Origin: Phallusia mammillata
Lineage: Eukaryota
Direction of reading: 5' to 3'
DNA length: 64,000 nt
Assembly (NCBI GenBank): GCA_965637545.1
Contig: OZ281501.1
Coordinates: forward strand, 1,488,001-1,552,000
Below, piece by piece: positions 54,617 to 64,000 of the stretch. Position 1 is the first letter of the stretch; each line of letters begins with the position of its first letter. The notes beneath the pieces are model-generated. The model ran no database searches. It saw nothing but the letters and a program-made list of their open reading frames with translations, and was not told the origin of the DNA. The translations under genes and the position numbers were made by a program.

Positions 54617-54935
54617 TGTAAGTCGGGCCGGGTTCGGGTTCGGGTTCGGGTTCGGGTTTACGTTTCTTCAAAAACGAGCTTTATTCGGGCCTGGCTTTAC
54701 ACTCTGTGTCAGTATTTGTTAAATTTAACTAGCTTAGTAGCCAGTTGGTGGACCTGACCTAACGTCAAACAGCCATAACACGCCTTGTTCAAGACCAATT
54801 GACTATTGTGTTGGTTCTCTTGGTCTTTCCTAAAGCTTTAATGTGCAGGACTGTCAATCACACTTTTGGGCCTAAACGGACATCTTAAACACGATTCGGG
54901 TTTGGGCCGAGTTTTCGGGCCCGTTTACAACTCTG
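54617..54935. mobile_element. Family B element (reverse orientation) with a (GGGTTC)n subterminal run
   Basis: Reverse-complement homology to 14880-15206. Ends with cccgtttacaactctg. Confidence 0.75.
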
Positions 54936-55712
54936 GTATCAATTATTTAATGCGTGACATTCAAACTTCAAAGATCTATTGGCGATACCCAAAACGTCAA
55001 GCCTATACAAGCTAACAGTGCACTGACAATTGTGTCTGACTAAACGTAATCTGGTTTAAACAACTACTACTGAAAAATTTATATCTTATCAAGTCAGACA
55101 GCTTTTAAACTGGTAAGAATGTAATATTTCTGTAGGCATGTTATTACATGGTAAGCAGTTCAATGGACACAAATATATACTTTCGACGGTAAGAGCTACT
55201 CGGGCTGGGGTGAGGGTTGTAATTGAAATAATACTAGAATCTGGTCTCATTTACCCGTGTTAGGGCTTGCATTTTACTTTCCACACAACTCTTGGTTTAA
55301 TGCGGTAACATACGGTATTTAGTACCACCCGTTATTAATTTCTTTGTAAGCAAGGATAACAATTTAAGTTACCACATGGTAAAAGTTATTGAGGTGGTTA
55401 AAATAATAGTTTGTCAGACTTATTTTACCATTTTTTTTACAGTAGAAGTTACAATACGGTGCTAGTAGAGAATTTACTATCAAATAGAATAAAACCTTAT
55501 GTGGAAACATACAGCTACGAAGCTATCACTTACGACTGGAGGAAGTCAGAAATGCTTAGGTTTCATTTTTGTCATCAATTGTTGTTGTTTTTCGCGTGGT
55601 TGCAGTTTTTGTACAAAAATCTTCTTTTTTGCTAAAGCCCCCATATGCGATATGTTCATATCGTTTAGAAGCCGACAAAGAGAGATCAACCAAGAATCTG
55701 CACAGAAACAGT

Positions 55713-56466
55713 ATGAAGAAATCATCAGTAATGTCTAAAACATGTTTGATGTTGTTTGTTGTTGCCTTGGTCTTGACAAGTCATTCAGCTACAGCAAAGG
55801 TAAGCTTGTGTTAACTGCTAATACTTTGCAGAAAAAAAAATCTTGCTGGGACACCAGTCTATTGCGGTCAGTGCTAGTAACAACGTATATGTTTGACTGC
55901 ACAAAGCTCGTTGGGAAACTCTCGTTTCGGTTATTAAATTTGTGCCAGTAGCTATAGTTGTTTACGTAAAGCTTGTTAGGGGACCGGACTTTAGCGTGCA
56001 ATACCGTGCAGGTAACAAGCGCCATGGCAGATACGACAAAGCTTGTAAGGAAACCTGCGTTTGGGTTGTAAATTCGTGCCCGTAGTCATGGTTGACTGCA
56101 TGAAGTTTGTTAGGAAACCCGCTTTAGGTGTGCAAAGTCGCAAATTTAACAACTACTGGATTACTGATTAAAGTTGATGTTTATATTGTGTTTACAGTGG
56201 ACATGCTACTGCCTCGAGAATTGCGCTGACTTTTCATTGACAATACGTAAGCAAATTTCTTACCTAAAATTCACTATTTTATCGCTTTAAAATTTTGGGC
56301 ATTGATCGTCCGTTAAATTCAAAATCGTTGATTTTTTGCAGTGTTTAACATCTGCCAAGCCTGTAAGCTCACGGGTATTGCGGGACTAAAGATGAAGAAC
56401 AAACAATCACCAAATAAAATGTGTTTTGGGTGTAATAAAACAGCTGACTGTTTACAACTGGTGTAA
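55713..56466 (+). CDS. Small secreted cysteine-rich peptide of unknown family; exons 55713 (or 55731)-55799, 56198-56246, 56342-56466
   Basis: Signal peptide MSKTCLMLFVVALVLTSHSATA ends near the exon 1 boundary. Donors are GTAAGC and acceptors are tttacag / ttttgcag. Only the phase-compatible frame of exon 2 is open. The end of exon 3 is uncertain. Confidence 0.65.
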
Positions 56467-56477
56467 ATGATTGTATG

Positions 56478-56656
56478 CAGAGGTGGAAATCAGCCGGTTC
56501 GCACCGGTTTTACAGAACCGTCTCACGAAATGTTATGAGATCAGCGAACCGGTTAGCATTACTGGTTAGTGTCAATAGACTTTTTGTGACAGAACCCGTT
56601 AAAAAATATGGCTTTTGTGATAGAACCGGCTGACAAAAAATTGAATTCCACCACTG
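56478..56656. mobile_element. hAT-type MITE, family C
   Basis: Homologous to 26129-26309 in reverse. Ends cagaggtggaaatca / tgaattccaccactg. Confidence 0.8.
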
Positions 56657-56781
56657 TGTTTATTTCTCATCGTGAAGGACAACATAGCAACTTGAACAAT
56701 CACCGAGTCGGAAATTGTTACACAACGGTGTGACTTTATTAACGCAAAAACGTGGATAATGCAAATGTACTTTGGTTGAGA

Positions 56782-57970
56782 CAGAGTGGTAAACAGGCCT
56801 GAAACTGGAGTCCGAAACCCGACCCGAATCGTTTTTGAGAAACCCTTTTAGGCCCAAAAGTTTGTTGACCAGCCTATACAGTGAAGACTCGGGAAAGACC
56901 AAGACAACAAACACAATAGAAAATTGGTTTTGAACAGGACTAGCCTATTAAGGTCGGTTTGACAGAAGGTCAAGTCCAGCAACTAACTATTTAGCTAGTT
57001 AAATTTATTCAAAATATATTGACGCATTGTGTAAGGCAGCGGTTCCCAGCCTGTGGGTCGCGACCCCAACTGGGGTCGCCTGACAATTTGCCTGGGGTCG
57101 CCGAAGGGAATGGCTCCCAACTCATTTTAGGCCATAGACTAATTTAACAAATAAAAAACAAAAGAACTGGGCACCACATTCCTTCCCTTCATTGTTTTTT
57201 AAAGTATGTAAACTAGTAACTACATCTGGGGTGGATGTTTAATTTTCGAAGATTTAATCGTTTTCACAAAATGCTAAATATTGCCTGGTATTATTACGTA
57301 ATAATACTGCATTCACATAATCATTAAGTCAGAACCTGCCAACTTGTTTTGTATTCTCGCGATAATATGGCGGCGGGGTGGTGGCGAACACCGTGGATAT
57401 TTGGGTTTGTTTGTATCGGTATCTTACGAAACACCGTAAAATCTGAACAAATTTGGGAACAGTTTTGCTTTTGAACAAGCGTGCTGACGAAAAAGCAACT
57501 AGTTTGGTTGGTGCCTTACTTGTATGACGTCAAACACACAATTGTTGGCAGTGAATGATTGGCCACTATGGTGTACAATGCGATTGTTCTGTAATAAATG
57601 GTCACTTTGGGTGATACAAAAGCAACGACTTGACGAAACTGTTTCTAAACATTGCTAAACCAAAAAAACGTTAAAGCGAATTGTTCCAAATCAATATTAT
57701 TTTAAAAACAATTTTTTGTTAAAATTGACGAACTTTGCTTTTTATTAAAAGTATATTGGGCTTTGAGTTGGAGCTCGTTTGGTTGCACGCATTAGTGACG
57801 TCATAATTTAAATCCACCACCTTGCATTTTTGTAAAACTCGGCGCCTATGCGTGGGGTCACCTCAACTTGGGAACTGTTTTAAGGGGTCGCGGCACCAGA
57901 AAGGTTGGAACCGCTGGTGTAAGGTCAGGCCCAAATTAAGCGCGCTTTTTGAAGAAACCCAAGCCCGAAT
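56782..57970. mobile_element. Family B element interrupted by a nested hAT element
   Basis: Homology to 14880-15206 stops at gtgtaagg (57029-57036) and resumes at 57917. Confidence 0.75.
57037..57916. mobile_element. ~880-bp non-autonomous hAT-Charlie element nested in family B
   Basis: TIRs cagcggttcc / ggaaccgctg. Perfect TSD gtgtaagg. ggggtcgc subterminal repeats. No transposase ORF. Confidence 0.9.
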
Positions 57971-58175
57971 TCTGGGTTGAAATGTTAAAAGTTTAAGACT
58001 TAATGTTGTTTGACAGAGATTGAATTCAAATGAAACACTTAATATGCAGGAAAAGTAAAGTTATATAAAGAACAAATATCAAATTCTATACTTATTTTTT
58101 ATAGTTGTCGGTATTATTCTATTTCAGAAAATAGCAATTTAGAGATTTTAAAACAACTACTTGCTCTATCTATAG

Positions 58176-58734
58176 CAGGAGTGGGCAATTAATTTTCAAA
58201 GAGGGTCACATAAGCAAACTGACTTGTGTTGGAGGGCCGAACTAACAATAACATGAACTGAAATCTGCTCAGTACTAATTTTCCTCATCATTTAAAGATT
58301 GAAATATATATTTGTGATTAAAAGAATAAGAGTATTTTGTAAATATTTGCATTGAGATTTTCGAAATTTTTATTTAATTTGTCAAATCAAATTTGCGTTT
58401 TGCGCTTTCCAGTTTGTAAAAATCAGACAATTTATATTTTTTTGCTATTCTTCCTGTTTTTTCGACAACACAGGCTATATCACGTAACATTGGGTGGACA
58501 ACTTGTGTTTATATCGACTTTACCCAGCATCACTTGTAGTTGTTGTGCGTTGCTACGTGAATATATATAAAAAAACATGGCAAAATATATTTTAAAATAA
58601 AAACAACACTGCCGTATTTCACACACACAGCATAAATGAGCCTATTTTTCCTTAATTACTTGACCTCACACGGGCCAGACAGGGACAGCCAACGGCCTGG
58701 ATGTGGCCCGCGGGCCGTAAATTGCCCACGTCTG
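58176..58734. mobile_element. hAT-Charlie-type non-autonomous element
   Basis: TIRs caggagtgggcaatt / aattgcccacgtctg with the typical tggcccgcgggccg subterminal motif. TSD eroded. Confidence 0.75.
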
Positions 58735-59110
58735 TTATAGGTTGGTACGCAGCGATAAAAAGCCGTCAGATGGTAAGGTTGAGACCCACTGCAGTAGACC
58801 GAACGACGACCCATGAATAGGCTAACTATATTTCAAAAAAACATATAGCCGGTATATGTCGAGCGCACAAAAATTGTTAAATATCTGGTTTAGGTGGTAC
58901 GCAGCAATAAAAAAGTCGCCAGGCCGAACGCGATCACTTTAAGGTTGAGAATTGCTGCAACAGGCCGTTTGACATTTCATAAACAGGCTATACTCACCCG
59001 TTTAAAAAAAAATCAGTCTATAAATGCCAACTGTACAAAGAATAAAAAAATACGACAAATTTATTGCAAATATTATAAATACTGCTCTTCAACAAACGAA
59101 AAAAGTGACG

Positions 59111-62100
59111 TCATCTGCACATTTCCTTCGGCGGTGGTCTCATTGGGATTTCCCCTAATGTGAATCTCTCATTTTGGAACTGTTCCAATTCTTCGTCGGT
59201 CAAAATTTCACGATTCGTGTACCTCGTGTCTTCCGCTTGAGGCGCCACAGAGACCGGCGGCGCGTTTTTAAATATATTCGCTACAGCGACTACTTTTGGT
59301 TTGGCGGGTTCAGGTGCTGGAGTAACTGACCCAGAAGGTTGGGGGTTATTTTGGGGTTCAGGTGTGGGCAAAGACGCAGGCAAGGGCTGGGGGTCAGCTT
59401 GCAAAGAAGGAGGTTGTGTAGGGGGTACAGTTGCACCCTTCTGCTTAAAATCTACAACATAAAAATATCAGTAAGTTGACCAATCTGTCGCAACATGACA
59501 TTACAGGTTTTATTACAATATGTTTAATGCCAGTAGAAAGCACTGCGAAAACAATATGTGCCCTTTGGTGACTAATAAGTTTTCATCAGGTACAATGCAC
59601 ACTGTTTGGACCAATGAGGTCTCATCAGTGCAGCTGGTGGCAAAACATTACCTGTATGATCTAATGTGGCCTCCTTACAGCACTCCAGTTTGTTGAGTGG
59701 AACATTATCAAGAAAACAGCTATTATTTTACTGCCACATATTTGGACGGTGTATAGCATTATTTGTATTCTGACTTTTATTTCAATCATTTTGAGACATA
59801 CTTGTCTGGTAAATGAAAAGATAACTCACCTACACCTTGCCCATACATTGACATAATAGTCAGACAAGACGAAGGGTTTGATGCAACAGAGTTATTCATA
59901 TCAGACAATATCGCTTGTTTCACATCATTCATCATTATAAATAGTTCATCTTTTCTCCTTCAAAAATATGTTATTTCACCAATAAGGTTCCATGGCATTA
60001 AATTAGTTTTTGTACTAACTTGTTGTACATCATGTCCACTTGTTGTATTAAACTTTTATAAACCTCCTCTCCATGTAGAAGAAACAAAACTCTTAATTCC
60101 TCTGGTTGTATATCAGGAAGACCTTAAACAACATAATTATATCAGCACAGCATAAACATAGACAAAAATATGGCCTATTGGTACATTCATCTGCTTTGTG
60201 CTCACAGGGTTGCTGGTTCTAACCCTGTCTCAACCATGTGTTTATCTGACCAAGAATTGCCCCTTACCAAAGTTAAGAATATCAAATATAAAATAAAACA
60301 GCATTATTGTATTCAGACAGGCAGCTAGACAGCAGACTCACTGTATGCTTACATATTGCTTGCCTGCCAAGAAAACAAATCAACTGATTATAGGTAAAAT
60401 GAAGGTTCCCAACACAGCATTCGAAACAAATATTTTACACCTTTTACCTTCTATGCATTTCTTTCCTTTAGAACAGTAATAACAAGAGTAAGGCCACATT
60501 TTTGACTCCACCCAAACTTTCATGTCATCTTGTATCGATTTGATCATTGCTTCATCCTCAGCTTGTCCAGAAGCAAAGTTATTATCGTTTGGGGCATTTT
60601 CTAAGGCGCTGAATTTGTTGGTTGACCCTTTGCTCCAGTGGAACCTAAACAACCAAATATTGTGAAATGTTGAATTTTGGCAAATACAAACCCTTAGTAT
60701 TAAAAATGTTTGCTTTTTGAGCACTTTTTTATTACAAATAACCGCTGTTTTGATGTCCCATATGGGTGCCTTCATTGTGATAACGGCACATTATGAAACA
60801 CAAAGCTCTTTTAATAACATGCAAACATCAGTTATTTTTTGATAAAAATCTCATAATACAGTGTGCCTTGCAGCAACAGCCTATTAACAAGCCAATAGGT
60901 ATGTTCTAATCTAATACAAAAAAGCAATTTTATTGTAGAACTGCTTGGTACTGGATGGTGTAGGCACCCAAAAATTTTTGTTAAAAAATTTTGTCAGAAG
61001 AAAAAACTGACCTATCTTGATTTGGTTTTTTAGGTTGTTGATGTTGCTGTTGATTATTTCTCATAAAAGGGCTGCTGTAGTCATCTAAAAACATTGAATT
61101 TCAGTTTTTTTTCATTCAATACTTGTACTTTTATATAATACCTTGATTTTGATTTCTACCCTGTCCACCAAAATTGCCTTGTTGTTGATTTCTTCCATAA
61201 TCATTGTTCTGTTGTCGGTTTTCTATAAAATTATATTTTGACATTGATAAAACTACAACTTAAACAAACAAACGTACCACGGAACCCATCTTGGCGAGAA
61301 TTTTGTTGTGAATTTCTGCCGAAACCGGATTGATAACCTCGATCACCTGGAAAAAAAATATTGCAATGATTTTAAAGTCCAGTTTTTGCTTGACCAACAC
61401 AATTGCATCAAGCTTGAATAGCTTTACAACATTGCAATCGTATAAGGTGCAAAAAAATGAAGATGCTACTGGTGGAATATGATTGCTACTAGTGATGCAC
61501 TGAACCCACCTAAAAAGGTTCGGGCCGAAACCTAATATTTGGCCATAAGGCTGAACCTAAAATCCCGTTCTTATGGATGTTTTCAACTGAACCTTGTGTT
61601 GTTGTTGCAAGTGAACTCAATTATGACAAACCAAAATCACATTCACAATGCAAAAGCTTTTCTAAACTTGAAAAAATATATTTTGCAGACAACAATGGCT
61701 CGTATCTTATAGGTAAATAGCTAATTTGTGATGTTTCATATTGGCGAAAATGAAAGTTTAGGTATTAATTCCAAGCAATCAAAAAGTTCGGTTTCGGACG
61801 AATTTTCAAAAAAGTTCGGAAATGTTTCGTCCAACTGAAACTTCGGTGCATCACTAATTGCTACAGCTAAACTGGCCAACTGACATATGTATGCCAAACC
61901 CTAACAGGGAAAGCAGTAATCATGGTAGCATTGCAAGCAGTACACATAATCAATTATATGCAGCATATGCTCAACCTACATTACCTTGATACTGATTGTC
62001 TTGTCTATAGTTTTCCTGGGTGTTTCTGCCATAGTTTGACCTCGATCTTTCGCCACCTTAACAAACAAGTAAAATGTTAAGATTTCATAAAGACACAACA

Positions 62101-62414
62101 TATGATGTCTGGTTTCAAAGCTATAGTTTTTAATAAACAATTGATTCAAAAGCAAAGATAGCTTGATTTTTTTTAGTTCAAAGAATATGTAAGAATTGGG
62201 TTTCAAATTTAATTTTACAACAAATGAATAGGGCATAAAAAACATTAAAGAATGTACATTACAAAAAAGAGGCCAAAGAATTAAAAAGGTCAAGAAAAGT
62301 TTACAAAAAATGTGTTAATGAGTCACCTTGATAGACACCATCACGAATGTGTTCGTTGCGACATCGATTTCCGAACTTGCATTTTCCCTGCTGAAAAAAC
62401 TTACACACAACCAT
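59111..62414 (-). CDS. NUP42: Nucleoporin NUP42 (NUPL2/CG1), ~383 aa; exons 62414-62327, 62056-61985, 61346-61278, 61222-61142, 61084-61012, 60644-60448, 60122-60020, 59957-59830, 59451-59111
   Basis: N-terminal CCCH finger MVVCKFFQQGKCKFGNRCRNEH, central IQDDMKVW-MWPYSCY-GLPDIQPEELR, and C-terminal Gle1-binding motif LTDEELEQFQNERFTLGEIPMRPPPKEMC. Phases are consistent. Confidence 0.92.
61490..61856. mobile_element. hAT (Ac-like end) MITE in NUP42 intron 2
   Basis: TIRs tagtgatgcac / gtgcatcacta. Perfect TSD attgctac (61482-61489, 61857-61864). Confidence 0.9.
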
Positions 62415-62691
62415 GCTTACTGCTTATTCAGACTAAACAAAGATGTTAGAAACTGTTACATCACATTTCAGCAAAAATTGGACACTTATGTTACATCATT
62501 ATTACAATTTTTTTTGGAAAACCAAACATAATACTCCACATTTTTTGAAACTGTATTGTCATTTATGGGAAAGACAAACCATTGGCTTGCAAGTTTTGTT
62601 TTATTGTCCAAGAACTGCATGAAGTTTATGCTCATGTACAATATGCAGTGTACATTGTATCTTTTGTTTTTGGCGTATTTTAAAAATGTTT

Positions 62692-63267
62692 CTACACCAC
62701 TTCCACTTGGGCTCCAGCGGCGGTTAAATCTGCTTTAATTTGTTCAGATTCCTCCTTTGAAACTTCTTCTTTCAGCACACACGGCGCACTTTCGACAAAC
62801 TTTTTCACTTGCACAAGATTAAGTTCAGGCAAAATCAACTTTATCGCCTTAATCACCTTAATTTTGCTGGTGGCGTTATAACTGGTCAACTTAACAGTAA
62901 ATTCAGATTGTTCAACAACTCCTTGGTCTTCTTCATTGTTTCCTTCAGCATCTTCTGCCTGTGGAGCTACAACTGATGCAGCAGCCATAACCGGGGCATC
63001 CTTAATACCAAGAGTGCTTTTTAGCAGCTCATTCAAGTCTGTTACTTCACGCAATGTTAGTTTGGAGATCTCGTCCACAAGTTGCACAATTTTGGGTTCG
63101 TAAAGCTTTGGTTCGTTATCCAATTGCGGTGGTGAAATTTCTGACACAGCTTCCTGAGTTTGAAAACGATTTGACGAAGCAATAAAGCTTCTTCTACACG
63201 TAACAATTGGCTGTCGCACCAAACAAACACGTGTAGAATGTAATAACAATCTGCTTACACGAGACAT
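62692..63267 (-). CDS. MRPL12: Mitochondrial ribosomal protein L12 (bL12m), 191 aa, single coding exon
   Basis: Basic N-terminal transit-like peptide, then KIVQLVDEISKLTLREVTDLNELLKSTLGI and EFTVKLTSY-KIKVIKAIK-LNLVQVKKFVESAP-KEESEQIKADLTAAGAQVEV (L7/L12 C-terminal domain). Confidence 0.95.
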   Translation of the reverse strand: MSRVSRLLLHSTRVCLVRQPIVTCRRSFIASSNRFQTQEAVSEISPPQLDNEPKLYEPKIVQLVDEISKLTLREVTDLNELLKSTLGIKDAPVMAAASVVAPQAEDAEGNNEEDQGVVEQSEFTVKLTSYNATSKIKVIKAIKLILPELNLVQVKKFVESAPCVLKEEVSKEESEQIKADLTAAGAQVEVV

Positions 63268-63762
63268 TGCAAAATATCCTCACCTCATGCGTAAGTAACT
63301 GTTAAAAGTCAATGTTTGTCAAATTGTTCAATTTTTAGACAAGTTCACAATACAAATCACTGCTCGCATGCTTTTGCATCACCGAACGTTATTTTCACGA
63401 AACGTAACTTTAACAGTTCTTTTTTAAAATTATGCGTTGTCCGGGACATGCGAAAGTTTTCGATACATTTTTAACAGTTTCCGTTTAAAATAGTTCCAAA
63501 CCAAAAAAATGTGTTTACATTCATCTGCTTTTGTAAGTTAAACCGTTAGTGACCTGGTTATTGCTGTTTGCAAAATTATCTATCGACCAAATTAGCTAAG
63601 TTACATGAATTTTCTTGGCATACGTGCTCCCCGAGTGCATAGTGAGCAATATTGTGCTCAACATACGTTTTAACGTACCTGGACGTCCACACATATGAGT
63701 AACATTATATGCGCCCTCAACCTGTCGTAATGTTTTCAATCAGATAACAATATGGTTGATTC

Positions 63763-63884
63763 CAGTGGTGAGATTCAGCCTGTTCTGTAAAATTTTATGA
63801 GATCAGGGAACCGGTTTTGTAACCGAACCAAAATATGACTTTTGTGATAGAACCGGCTGACAAAAAAAGTGAATCCCACCACTG
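63763..63884. mobile_element. Internally deleted hAT MITE, family C
   Basis: TIRs cagtggtgagattca / tgaatcccaccactg. Perfect TSD gttgattc. Confidence 0.88.
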
Positions 63885-64000
63885 GTTGATTCGTAGTCGA
63901 AATGACAAAACCACCAACTTATGGAAACAATATTTTATTGCACAGTCTACAAGTAAATCGTGATATCTATAGAAACCAATACGATTGAAAAAACAAACGA

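Noticed and set aside
54495-54620. Exon-like segment downstream of the NR4A-like stop
   Set aside because: No frame resembles a nuclear-receptor LBD, and the apparent donor comes from the family B repeat end.

Overview
AT-rich, intron-rich eukaryotic genomic DNA, almost certainly from an ascidian tunicate. The evidence is a multi-exon connexin (a chordate-specific family), two exact copies of the Ciona-type 16-nt spliced leader, and compact introns. I assembled seven genes by hand from splice signals and reading-frame phase: ANKRD33/33B-like ankyrin protein (+, 7 exons), connexin (-, 7 exons), TMEM237 (-, 11 exons), an NR4A-like nuclear receptor (+, 7 coding exons), a small secreted Cys-rich peptide (+, 3 exons), NUP42/NUPL2 (-, 9 exons) and intronless MRPL12 (-). 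The introns and intergenic DNA hold many hAT-type MITEs with 8-bp TSDs, one nested in another, and some degenerate tRNA-derived elements. The most unusual observations are these. The NR4A-like gene has an ~880-aa N-terminus, a divergent DNA-binding domain and no ligand-binding domain. A minimal Penelope-type hammerhead ribozyme lies in sense orientation in a TMEM237 intron. Two orphan SL sequences are both preceded by ATAG. An unrecognised 8-Cys secreted peptide is present. MRPL12 and NUP42 probably form a trans-spliced operon. Perfect RFX X-boxes lie at the connexin and ANKRD33-like genes, and TGACGTCA is strongly over-represented. All gene models were translated by eye, and no database search was possible.
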